DNA of 32,000 nt from Ignicoccus islandicus DSM 13165 (lineage in GTDB: Archaea > Thermoproteota > Thermoprotei_A > Sulfolobales > Ignicoccaceae), in the NCBI RefSeq assembly GCF_001481685.1, contig NZ_CP006867.1, positions 1,230,001-1,262,000 on the forward strand. The letters run 5' to 3'. The stretch's first letter is position 1. The number at the start of each line of letters is the position of its first letter. A program made the translations under genes and the position numbers. Shown here piece after piece: positions 8,703-17,402 of the stretch. The notes beneath the pieces were generated by a model. That model saw only the letters and a program-made list of their open reading frames with translations, was not told the DNA's origin and did not search any database.

Positions 8703-9335
8703 TCAGTGCCTCAAGTAAGCGGCTACAGAGACTATTGCCGCTAAGACGAACAAAATTAACGTACTTGTTTGTATGAGGTCTTGCTTGTAAGGTTCGGGTC
8801 TATCGGAAGGTGGAGGCATTATACTGTCCGGTAACTTGACAGGATCGTGAGGGTCGTGACATTCAATACAAGCCCTCGCGGGCTTCTTGGTAAAGTGCGT
8901 GTAATCAGTACATTGATGGAACCAATAAGGAGATCCCTTATAGCCGAGAATAAGGATGTTCTGACCGCCGTCACACGTCATAGTTTTGTTTCCATGAACC
9001 AGCTTTTGATAATCGCTGAAGGTTCGGGGATGGCATTGAGCACACAAAGTATTGTATTTCATTTTTTCTTCTCTGGTAGCTAGGTTCATTGGAATTACTA
9101 TTTCACCGTTCTTCAACTTCATTGGATTATCTACCTCGTGGCAGTTAGAACAGTAGAGTCCGGCATGCGCTCCTTTCGATAGGTCAACCTTGTGCACTTC
9201 AGAAACTTTCACATTTCCATTAACTTTCATGTTTAGGTGACAATAGGTACAAGGGTACGCTGGAGTATAGGCGGTTGAAGACGCTAAAGCTACTGATATG
9301 GCCAAGGCGATAGTCAGAACGGTTAGGCGATTCAT
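8703..9335 (-). CDS. tetrahaem c-type cytochrome, signal peptide plus C-terminal TM anchor
   Basis: Four CxxCH motifs (CTYCH, CSNCH, CAQCH, CIECH). N-terminal signal MNRLTVLTIALAISVALASS and C-terminal TM LILFVLAAIVSVAAYL. GGAGGAGA lies just upstream of the ATG. Confidence 0.85.
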   Translation of the reverse strand: MNRLTVLTIALAISVALASSTAYTPAYPCTYCHLNMKVNGNVKVSEVHKVDLSKGAHAGLYCSNCHEVDNPMKLKNGEIVIPMNLATREEKMKYNTLCAQCHPRTFSDYQKLVHGNKTMTCDGGQNILILGYKGSPYWFHQCTDYTHFTKKPARACIECHDPHDPVKLPDSIMPPPSDRPEPYKQDLIQTSTLILFVLAAIVSVAAYLRH

Positions 9336-9427
9336 TCTCCTCCCTCTCCCTTACGGGAGAGTATTAGTTTTATGCCTTATTACTTACCCTCTGAAAATTA
9401 ACCTTCCAGTAGGTTATTACTATGGAG

Positions 9428-10498
9428 CTATCGAGCTATCTCCTTTAACCACTTCTCTAGTTTTTCGACAACTTCATCCCAACTTAACTTCTTAGCTTTT
9501 TCAAGCCCCTTTATCCCGTATTTATTGAGAACTTCATTGTAGTTTTCATATACGTATCTTAACTTAGCCTTCAGGTCTTCTAGATCCTTAAAAGTTATTG
9601 CCTCCTCCTCATTGATTGTGCCTATTTTCTTAAAGATTTCTGAAGCAATTACAGGCTTGCCGAACGCCATGCATTCGACTAGCGATAAACCGAATCCTTC
9701 GGAGTGAATTGATGGATTTACGCAAACGTCGGCTAATTCGTAGTAAGGGTTTACGCTCTTAGCGTTGGGAACTACCTTTACGATGTCGCCGTATTCCTTT
9801 CTTACTTCTCTAACCTTTTTAAGTACCTTTTCGAAATAAGCCGTGTCGCTTATCGTACCAACTAGCCACAACTTAGCCTTTTCCCTTGCTAGAGATTCTT
9901 TAAATGCGTCTATTAAATCGAGTTGGCCCTTATTCGGTGCAAACCTAGCTACTTGAACAACGTTAAAGAATCCGTTATCCCTCTTGACGTACTTAAAGGG
10001 TCCCTCGACTCCCTCTCCCCCAAGTACCCTAATTTTGCTCTCCGGTATCCCCAATTTCTCAACCAATAACCTCTTAGTATAGCTTAGTGGGACCACCACT
10101 AAATCGCTTTTCATTGCAGATGCTTTCATCAATAGCGACTTTGGTTTGTACTTCCAGCTACTTAGTTCCAATAAGCCAGCATCGTGAATTAGGTATATTG
10201 TAGGAAACTCTTCAAGAATAGGAGAAAATTCCGCCCAATAGGCATTGACAATTACTGCATCGGGCTTCAATTTCCTCAAAACCATAGGGGCCATGATAGA
10301 GAAGTAGACTGAACTTAACCACGTACCTTTGAATGGATCCCTTATCCCTATCACTTCTTCACTGTTGTCGCTAGCTAACGTAACTACTTTTACGTCGTGA
10401 CCTCGGGCTTTCAGACGTTCAACTACCTTTTTAGCGAACTTCTCGGAACCTCCCTTAACGTAAGGCCAATATCTCCTCGTTACGTACGCTATTTTCAC
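9428..10498 (-). CDS. glycosyltransferase, GT4 / group 1 (GT-B fold)
   Basis: N-terminal MKIAYVT...GGSEKF and C-terminal EGFGLSLVECMAFGKPVIAS (E-x7-E type motif). Confidence 0.8.
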   Translation of the reverse strand: MKIAYVTRRYWPYVKGGSEKFAKKVVERLKARGHDVKVVTLASDNSEEVIGIRDPFKGTWLSSVYFSIMAPMVLRKLKPDAVIVNAYWAEFSPILEEFPTIYLIHDAGLLELSSWKYKPKSLLMKASAMKSDLVVVPLSYTKRLLVEKLGIPESKIRVLGGEGVEGPFKYVKRDNGFFNVVQVARFAPNKGQLDLIDAFKESLAREKAKLWLVGTISDTAYFEKVLKKVREVRKEYGDIVKVVPNAKSVNPYYELADVCVNPSIHSEGFGLSLVECMAFGKPVIASEIFKKIGTINEEEAITFKDLEDLKAKLRYVYENYNEVLNKYGIKGLEKAKKLSWDEVVEKLEKWLKEIAR

Positions 10499-10550
10499 TA
10501 AACTAACCCTTTTGAGGAAAGAAAAAGAAACGTAATTTGTTTCAGTGCCA

Positions 10551-11222
10551 CTAGGCGTTTAGCACCTTTCTAAGCCTCTTAGCTACTTCGTCAGCTTCTC
10601 CTTCTTTGTACTTGTAACCGGGGTATTCGAACTTAAGTTCGTTCTTATCGTATCTAGGAATTACGTGTACGTGGAAGTGCATTACCACTTGACCGGCCAC
10701 TTCTTCAGCGTTAGTTAAGACGTTCACTCCCTTAGCTTGCAACGCTTTAATCGAGGCTTCAGCAATCTTCTTGGCTACAGTGAATACCTTTGCGACCACT
10801 TCCTCTGGAGCGTCGAGGATGTTCTTGTAATGCTTTTTAGGGACCACTAGCGTGTGTCCCGGAGCTACTGGGTTTATGTCTAAGAAGGCAATTACGTCTT
10901 CATCCTCGTAAACTATCCTCGCTGGTAGCTCGCCCTTTATTATCTTGCAGAAGACGCACTCCATGATACCATCCGGTAGTCTCTGTAGTGTAATGGAAGA
11001 AAAGCTTTTCACGTTGACCAAAGGAACTAGTTCTATGGCATTTAACGGACATACAATCTCGCAAATTCCGCATAGAGCGCATGGAGCAGTTTGATGGGCT
11101 TTTCCGTTTAAAATAGATATTGAATTAAAGGGACACAGCTCTACGCATCTACCGCATCCGTCGCATTCATCCGAAACCTTAACTAAAGCTAGGGTCTCGT
11201 GAAACATATCTCTTTCGAACAC
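10551..11222 (-). CDS. fusion protein: N-terminal 2x[4Fe-4S] ferredoxin domain plus C-terminal HIT-family nucleotide hydrolase/transferase
   Basis: Ferredoxin motifs CDGCGRCVELCP and CALCGICEIVCP. HIT domain CVFCKIIKGELPARIVYEDEDVIAFLDINPVAPGHTLVVPKKH and histidine triad HFHVHVIP. The start overlaps the PDO 3' end by 34 nt. Confidence 0.85.
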   Translation of the reverse strand: MFERDMFHETLALVKVSDECDGCGRCVELCPFNSISILNGKAHQTAPCALCGICEIVCPLNAIELVPLVNVKSFSSITLQRLPDGIMECVFCKIIKGELPARIVYEDEDVIAFLDINPVAPGHTLVVPKKHYKNILDAPEEVVAKVFTVAKKIAEASIKALQAKGVNVLTNAEEVAGQVVMHFHVHVIPRYDKNELKFEYPGYKYKEGEADEVAKRLRKVLNA

Positions 11223-11899
11223 CTTCTTTCGCCTTGGTGTTCCACTAGTTTAGCTAACAAGTCCTCCTCATAGGGAACTCCGACGAATTCCACGTGACCA
11301 TTAATTGATATGGATGGGACGCTCATTACGTTGTACTTGTCAGCTATGTCTTCGTTCTCATAGGCCTCCACGGTATCGGCTACAATACACTTCTTGCCTT
11401 GCTTATAAGATTCGTATGCGAACATATTGATTAGGAGGGCGGCATATGGGCAGTAAGGACATTGGGGCGTGACTACGTTTTCAATATAGAAGCAACCCTC
11501 TAATCTACCTATGCCCTCCTTCGTGCTTGGATCTAGACCGCTTTCTCCTTCAGAAATTCTTATAATGGTTTCGATAAGTCCCTTGATTTCCTCTCCTCCT
11601 GGAATTCCCGTATACCTTACGTAACCATCAACTAACAATACGGAAGGAACTCTGTCCACACCGTACTCCTTGAAAGCGTCCTTATCTTTATCAGCGTGAA
11701 AGACTTTATACGTTAGCAATGGCTTACCGTCCTTCTTCGGACTCTCTTCGCTAAATACTTGGATCATTTCAACTGTCGCTTTACAGTAAGGACAGTCATC
11801 TCCTATGAAGACTAAAACTTCTACGGGGTTTACCATATCTGCAAGTACTTCCCTTAACTCACTCCTTATCTCGGGCGTCCATTCTTGTTCGAACGACAT
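11189..11899 (-). CDS. pdo: protein disulfide oxidoreductase (two thioredoxin-fold units, glutaredoxin-like)
   Basis: Two CPYC active sites (DDCPYCKAT, PQCPYCPYA) in a ~236-aa protein. This is the architecture of the archaeal PDO family (Pyrococcus/Sulfolobus PDO). Confidence 0.85.
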   Translation of the reverse strand: MSFEQEWTPEIRSELREVLADMVNPVEVLVFIGDDCPYCKATVEMIQVFSEESPKKDGKPLLTYKVFHADKDKDAFKEYGVDRVPSVLLVDGYVRYTGIPGGEEIKGLIETIIRISEGESGLDPSTKEGIGRLEGCFYIENVVTPQCPYCPYAALLINMFAYESYKQGKKCIVADTVEAYENEDIADKYNVMSVPSISINGHVEFVGVPYEEDLLAKLVEHQGERRCSKEICFTRP

Positions 11900-11975
11900 T
11901 GCTTATCCCGCATTTGGCATTCAAAGCGCCTAGTTAAGAAGAAACCGGTAAGTAACTAGAGGTGGGAGATATAGG

Positions 11976-12335
11976 GTGCTGTTAAGAACCCACTGCGAGA
12001 TAGCCGCTAGCGAAGTGGTACCAACAATTAGGGCAGCTGTCGTGTATTACTTACACAACCATTACAAGCTAAGTAACTACACAATAGCGAAACAAATAGG
12101 CACGTCGCCTTCAAGCGTAACAAACTACTTGAAAGACAGGAGAGGTAGGGGCGACTTAGTAAAGAAACTCTTAAGCGATCCAGAAATAGAGAAAATGATA
12201 AGGCTAATAGCTAAGAAGATAGCTGAAGGGGACACGAACCCCGAAGAATTGAGTAGCATGATGTGTGCCACTTGCAGGCTCGTAATGAGGAAATGGAAGA
12301 ACTTCGAATGTATACCATTGCCAGAAAAGTGGTAA
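11976..12335 (+). CDS. small HTH transcriptional regulator (COG2522-like) with C-terminal Cys motif
   Basis: HTH SNYTIAKQIGTSPSSVTNYLKDRRG; N-terminal HCE; C-terminal CATC...EC. GTG start. Divergent from pdo. Confidence 0.6.
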   Translation: MLLRTHCEIAASEVVPTIRAAVVYYLHNHYKLSNYTIAKQIGTSPSSVTNYLKDRRGRGDLVKKLLSDPEIEKMIRLIAKKIAEGDTNPEELSSMMCATCRLVMRKWKNFECIPLPEKW

Positions 12336-12337
12336 AT

Positions 12338-13714
12338 TCAAGGCTTCCTTTCCCTTGGAACTATATATTCCTTGGGCGCAGCTTCAAAGGGTTCCAAGTA
12401 CTTCCTGAGAACCTTCGGTATCTCAACTCTACCGTCTGGTAATTGGTAGTTCTCGAGGATGGCAGTGATGGTTCTGGTAGTTGCGAGAGCGGTTGAGTTC
12501 AACAAATGAACGTAATCGTGTTTCTTTCCTCCTTTTATCCTGTACCTAACGTTTAGCCTGTAGCTCTGCCAGTCGGTGCAATTGGAGGCGCTAACTAGTT
12601 CCCTATACCTACCTTGCGCTGGATACCAAACTTCAATATCGTACTTTTTAGCTGCCGGATATCCTAGTTCTCCTCCACATATGTTTACTACCCTATAAGG
12701 TAGGCCTAATCCCCTAACCAGTTCCTCAGCGTTCCTTATCAACTCTTCTAAGATATTCCAGCTTTCTTCAGGCTTGGAGTAAACGAACTGTTCGACCTTA
12801 TGGAACTGATGCACCCTGAATATCCCCTTGAGATCTCTATTAGCCGCACCAGCTTCCTTTCTGAAGCAAGGACTAATCCCGACTAATTTTAACGGTAAGT
12901 CCTTCTCGTCAATTATTTCGTTTGCCTTATATGAAGCTAAGGGATGCTCTGCTGTAGCTATTAGGTATAAGTCCTCCCCCTCTATTTTGTAGATTGCGTC
13001 CTTAAAGGTTTCTATGTCAATAACTCCCATCAGATACTTGTACCTTATCATATAAGGGGGTTCGACTGCGATGAAGCCCTTTTTAGTTAAATTATCTAAT
13101 GCATAAAGAATTAGAGCTAAGTCCAGCCATACTAAGTCTTGGAATAGGTAATAGAATCTCGATGAAGCCACCTGAGCTGCCTTGAAGGTGTCGCCCAACT
13201 TCAAAACTTCTTCAAGCATATCGGCATGAGGTATGGGTTTGTTATCTAACAGTTCGTATTCAATCTTGAATCCATACCGTTCCGTCTGGTGCTTGAACTG
13301 TTCTAGGTGCTCTTTCCATACTTTAGGCTTGCCCCAAAACCTAATGGGTTGATTGCTATCCTCATCACAGCCTTCAGGAACGCTTTCATGAACTAAGTTC
13401 GGTAGAGAGAGTAGTAGTTCCTCCCTCTTCTTCTCAAGCTCCTTCAATTCATTTTCTAGTTCCTCTTTTCGTGCAAGCAGCTTCTTGGCTTCTTCTATTA
13501 GTTTCTTCCTTTCTTCGGGAGAAGCTTTTGGAATAGATCTGGTTATTTTGTTGTGCTCGGCCCTTAGCTTTTCAACCTTCTGTAATACTTCTCTCCATTT
13601 CTTGTCTACTTCAATCGCTTCGTAGACCGGCCGAGGGTCAAGGCATCTCTTCTTCATTGACTCAATTAGCTTCTGTGGATCGTTCCTAAGGGCCTCTAGA
13701 ATCGACCATGGCAA
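12338..13714 (-). CDS. serS: seryl-tRNA synthetase
   Basis: N-terminal coiled-coil arm ([32 protein letters not shown]). Class II motifs FRKEAG, FHKVEQF and [22 protein letters not shown]. Confidence 0.93.
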   Translation of the reverse strand: MPWSILEALRNDPQKLIESMKKRCLDPRPVYEAIEVDKKWREVLQKVEKLRAEHNKITRSIPKASPEERKKLIEEAKKLLARKEELENELKELEKKREELLLSLPNLVHESVPEGCDEDSNQPIRFWGKPKVWKEHLEQFKHQTERYGFKIEYELLDNKPIPHADMLEEVLKLGDTFKAAQVASSRFYYLFQDLVWLDLALILYALDNLTKKGFIAVEPPYMIRYKYLMGVIDIETFKDAIYKIEGEDLYLIATAEHPLASYKANEIIDEKDLPLKLVGISPCFRKEAGAANRDLKGIFRVHQFHKVEQFVYSKPEESWNILEELIRNAEELVRGLGLPYRVVNICGGELGYPAAKKYDIEVWYPAQGRYRELVSASNCTDWQSYRLNVRYRIKGGKKHDYVHLLNSTALATTRTITAILENYQLPDGRVEIPKVLRKYLEPFEAAPKEYIVPRERKP

Positions 13715-13735
13715 TGCCTTATCTCCACCACCTAC

Positions 13736-15307
13736 TTACAGTTGACCTTTAAAGAACTCCTTCAATTCCTCCCACTTTTCCTTAGAGCTGGGGCATTTCA
13801 ATGGCATTTCTTGGATGTAACTCTTTTCTTGTTTCCACGCCAAATAGGCCTTGTGAAGCTCCCAACCCAGGTAGAGTGCGTGGGAAGGTTCCTTGACTAA
13901 CCCCTTTGCAATGAGCGTTTTTCCAATCAAGTAGGGATCACCTTTTACTAAGTACTTCTCTCTTCCCCTAACGACGCTCGCCTTCACCCCATCTCCATCG
14001 ATCCATATCCTAACTACGCTTTCCTCAAGAGGAAAGGATTGATCCCTTGCCTCTATTTCTTCGCCTTCTTCGAAGTAGATCAACCTATCTATTTTCTTCT
14101 CCTTTAGGATTAGTAGATCTGTTCCTAAGTCCTTTGGGGGAGTCTTTCTATGAAGTGAGATTGTTGACATAACTGAAGCAATGGCGCTTTCATACCAAGA
14201 GCTTCTCGCTTTATCACTCTCCTCAGTGACCATTACCAAGCTCACCCCCGATTCAGCTGCTAACTGAATCAGAGTCGCGTTAGTTCCTACGCTATCGAAA
14301 TCAACGAGTTCAGTGAAGTTACTAATTCCCATTATAAGAGGGAGTTTGACTTTCTTGCTTAAGTCGTAATAGGCAATTAACGATGCTAACGTATTGGGAG
14401 GAGGCGAGAGAACGGGATCAATAAAGACCTTCTCGCTTTTTACTTCTCTCAAGTTCTCTAGGAGGGATTTAACCTTCTCCTCTGGACTAGATGGCCAGTA
14501 GCCCTTCTCTATATCGCCGGGTATCACAACTACAGCGTCACACTTAACCTTTCCTATCTTACTTCTATCTATCGAAAAAGCAACGTCGAAGCCCAGCTTA
14601 CACCCTTCATTGAGTTCCTTCCAAAACATGGAATCTAATGCGACCACTTTGAAGTACTTCTCCGCGAGCTTCAGTAACGAAGGTAACTTGGAGGGGTTCG
14701 GGGAAGTTGAGGTAGAACCAATTACTACGAAGGAAGTTACTTCAGAAGCCTTCGAGAGTTTCTCCTCGAGATCGCCTTTATCCATCACTTCAGCAACCAC
14801 TTTCACTGGTGGAGGTCTCAAGGGAACCTCGAATCCGTTCAAATCGAAGGCTTTCTCGAAGTCGATCGATTGAAGTTCCTTCGCTACCTCTTCTAAGACG
14901 TACTCCCTCAGCTCGTCTTCCAAGGGTTTATCGAAACTTAGCTTGTCCTCTAGTTCGTTCAGCTTCCTGATTGCTACCTTTAACTCGTTTAAAGTTTTAG
15001 TGCCTTTCAATACTTTAACTCCCAATTCCTCGGATATCGGTTTCAAGTCCCCCGGAATCATTCCCGATACTAAGACAAAGTCGAAAGACTTGACGTCTAA
15101 TCCCCGTTTACCCAATTCCCTTAACAATTGCCTTTTGAGGGCGTTCGGAGTTAAGAGAGCTACTACGTCTACCGGCAAACCTAAAACTTCTATTCTATAT
15201 TCGTTCGGTGCTTCCGAAACTATTTCCCTCACGGTTTCTTCAAGTCTCTTACTGGTTACGATTAGAACTCTTTTCAATGGGGTTACCGAAAGGCGGAAAT
15301 AGGACAA
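13736..15307 (-). CDS. dihydropteroate synthase-related (pterin-binding TIM-barrel-like) protein, archaeal ~520-aa type
   Basis: The length and the N-terminus (M)KRVLIVTSKRLEETV resemble archaeal DHPS-related proteins (MJ0107-like). This is a memory-based call with no decisive motif seen. An in-frame TTG at 15277 giving MKRVLIVT... is a more plausible start than 15307. Confidence 0.4.
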   Translation of the reverse strand: MSYFRLSVTPLKRVLIVTSKRLEETVREIVSEAPNEYRIEVLGLPVDVVALLTPNALKRQLLRELGKRGLDVKSFDFVLVSGMIPGDLKPISEELGVKVLKGTKTLNELKVAIRKLNELEDKLSFDKPLEDELREYVLEEVAKELQSIDFEKAFDLNGFEVPLRPPPVKVVAEVMDKGDLEEKLSKASEVTSFVVIGSTSTSPNPSKLPSLLKLAEKYFKVVALDSMFWKELNEGCKLGFDVAFSIDRSKIGKVKCDAVVVIPGDIEKGYWPSSPEEKVKSLLENLREVKSEKVFIDPVLSPPPNTLASLIAYYDLSKKVKLPLIMGISNFTELVDFDSVGTNATLIQLAAESGVSLVMVTEESDKARSSWYESAIASVMSTISLHRKTPPKDLGTDLLILKEKKIDRLIYFEEGEEIEARDQSFPLEESVVRIWIDGDGVKASVVRGREKYLVKGDPYLIGKTLIAKGLVKEPSHALYLGWELHKAYLAWKQEKSYIQEMPLKCPSSKEKWEELKEFFKGQL

Positions 15308-15331
15308 GTGAATTAAAGCTCGAAGGTAATC

Positions 15332-16321
15332 ATGAAGGTCGCTATTTTGATATTACTTCTATCAGTAATTGTCTTCCCTTGCATTGACGTACAAGTAGAC
15401 GTCCAAGCCTTTCGGAACTACTCTCTAGTAAAAGTATCCTACGAATCTTCTTGTATTGGAGAATATGAAATTTCGTTTGAAACTAGTTCCCATGTTTACA
15501 GCTACTCGGGTAACGTTGTCGTACTTGGTAGTCGATACGTAGCGAAGGGGACGGGGTTTCCTGGTTTTGCAAGTGGTTTCAGTTTGAAATTGGTGGGTCC
15601 CCTAAAGGGAACGGTGGAAGCTAAATTCAATGGACTTCCTATTGCGAAGTACGCGATTGGTATAGGTAATTGCATTGTAGCTGGAGTCTCTAGGAGTACG
15701 TTCTTTGCGTTACAAGGGGAAGTGACTGTTACTTCCATAAACCTTTTTAATTACTGTAGGAAGCAAGTGAGAGTCGATGTCGAGGTTGAGGGAGGAGAAC
15801 CTTTAAGGGAAGTGAGCTGGATATTCTGCTCAAAAGGTAAGGGTGAAGTCTCGTACCATAATGTTTGCGTTGAAGAAAAGTGCGTTGAATGGGAAGTTAT
15901 AGGTGAGGTATGCTCTAAAAAGGTAAAGACTTGTAAGCTCACGCCCGAGGCGGGAGTGAGTTGCGAAGAGGAATGTATTGAAAAAGCTCCCGTGTATCAG
16001 TGCATTAAAAAGGAGTGTAACGTTAGCTACTTGCTACCTACTGAGACGAGGGAATGCATTGAATATTCTGGAACGAGCAGGGGAAGCGACTTCGAGGTTA
16101 GAGGTAACAAGATGGTTGCCGAGGTTTCCTTAGAGCCTGGGAAGGGTAAGAGCTTGATAGGATACTTGAAAGGTACTCCTATCCTAAAGGTTAATGTAAA
16201 TGGCGAAGAAATAAAGTTGATCGCTTCCAGAAACGTTCAATCGCTTTACATATATCCTGAATTCGCGTTCTTCGTCGCAGTATCCCTTCTCTTGGCCTTG
16301 CTATCCCTTGTTGTTCTATAG
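15332..16321 (+). CDS. Cys-rich secreted/surface protein with PEF plus hydrophobic C-terminus
   Basis: Signal peptide MKVAILILLLSVIVFPC, many Cys (CxxxC-type spacing in the EEC/KEC-rich middle), and C-terminal YPEFAFFVAVSLLLALLSLVVL. Confidence 0.6.
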   Translation: MKVAILILLLSVIVFPCIDVQVDVQAFRNYSLVKVSYESSCIGEYEISFETSSHVYSYSGNVVVLGSRYVAKGTGFPGFASGFSLKLVGPLKGTVEAKFNGLPIAKYAIGIGNCIVAGVSRSTFFALQGEVTVTSINLFNYCRKQVRVDVEVEGGEPLREVSWIFCSKGKGEVSYHNVCVEEKCVEWEVIGEVCSKKVKTCKLTPEAGVSCEEECIEKAPVYQCIKKECNVSYLLPTETRECIEYSGTSRGSDFEVRGNKMVAEVSLEPGKGKSLIGYLKGTPILKVNVNGEEIKLIASRNVQSLYIYPEFAFFVAVSLLLALLSLVVL

Positions 16322-16354
16322 GTAATATTCTCCAATAGACACAAACTTGTAAAT

Positions 16355-17338
16355 TTACGTTAATTGTACTTTCTTGACTCTCTTCAGTTGCTTGACGTAC
16401 TTAGACGCCTCCAATGCCGCAGTAGCTCCGTGACCAGCAGCAACGACTATCTGGAATCCTATACCAGTAACATCGCCGGCTGCAAAGACGCCCGGAACGT
16501 TCGTATGCATTCTAGGATCGACTTTGATGAATCCGGCCTTGTCTACTTCAATGCCAGCTCTCTTGAAGACCTCAGTAGTTGGTGCCTCGCCCGCAGAGAT
16601 GAAGACGGCCCTAACCTCTATCTCTTTCTCCTCTCCGGAAGGAAGCTTAACCACTATCTTAGTTACCTTTTGACCGTCTCCTTCTATTTTTACTAACCTA
16701 GCCCCTTCAAGTATTTCAACGTTGGGGGAGTTCCTCAAGATGTTCATGAAACTCTCTGAGGCCTCAATCTTGTCTGCGTGGGGGATCACGTATACTTTAC
16801 TAGCAATTGATGTCATGTAAACTGCTTCTTCCATTGCGTGATCGTCGTTACCCACTAAAGCCATTGGCTGACCTTTAAAGAACGGGGCGTCGCAAACTAC
16901 GCAGTAACTCACTCCCTTACCGAAGTATTCCTTCTCTCCGGGTATCCCTAGGCCTTTAGAAGAGAGGCCGGTGGCAATTATTACAGCATAGGCCTTGAAC
17001 TCCGCGCCTCGTTTAGTCTTAACTACTTTCACGTCTCCGCTAACGTCCAAGTCTACCACTTCCATACCGAAAACTACTTCTGCATTGAACTTCTTCGCTT
17101 GCTTATAGAACCTGTCTACTAGTTCCTCTCCACTTATTCTCTCTATACCAGGGTAGTCCTCGACCACCGGTGCGTTTGCTGTTCTCCCACCCGGTTTCAT
17201 CGTTTTCTCTAAAATTACTGTTTTCAGACCAAGTCTCGCAGCGTACATTCCAGCAGCTAGACCAGCTGGACCAGCTCCGATTATTACTACATCGTAATTA
17301 CCTCCAACGGGTCTCCTAGTTCCTCCCAACCTCAACAT
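16355..17338 (-). CDS. trxB: thioredoxin reductase (FAD/NAD(P)-dependent, low-Mr type)
   Basis: FAD motif DVVIIGAGPAGLAAGMYAAR, redox-active CVVCD, second Rossmann motif, and C-terminal GVFAAGDV. Confidence 0.88.
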   Translation of the reverse strand: MLRLGGTRRPVGGNYDVVIIGAGPAGLAAGMYAARLGLKTVILEKTMKPGGRTANAPVVEDYPGIERISGEELVDRFYKQAKKFNAEVVFGMEVVDLDVSGDVKVVKTKRGAEFKAYAVIIATGLSSKGLGIPGEKEYFGKGVSYCVVCDAPFFKGQPMALVGNDDHAMEEAVYMTSIASKVYVIPHADKIEASESFMNILRNSPNVEILEGARLVKIEGDGQKVTKIVVKLPSGEEKEIEVRAVFISAGEAPTTEVFKRAGIEVDKAGFIKVDPRMHTNVPGVFAAGDVTGIGFQIVVAAGHGATAALEASKYVKQLKRVKKVQLT

Positions 17339-17402
17339 AGCTTCGTTCCCACTGTGAAAGAGAGATGGAAAGTTTATTACTTGAATACTGTTTACTCTTT
17401 GG

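Noticed and set aside
9344-9361. Hairpin CTCTCCC-TTAC-GGGAGAG between the glycosyltransferase and cytochrome genes as a terminator or attenuator
   Set aside because: This perfect 7-bp stem sits just upstream of the GGAGGAGA ribosome-binding stretch of the cytochrome gene. There is no adjoining T-tract (archaeal terminators are oligo-T) and no alternative pairing that I can see, so there is too little to claim a function.
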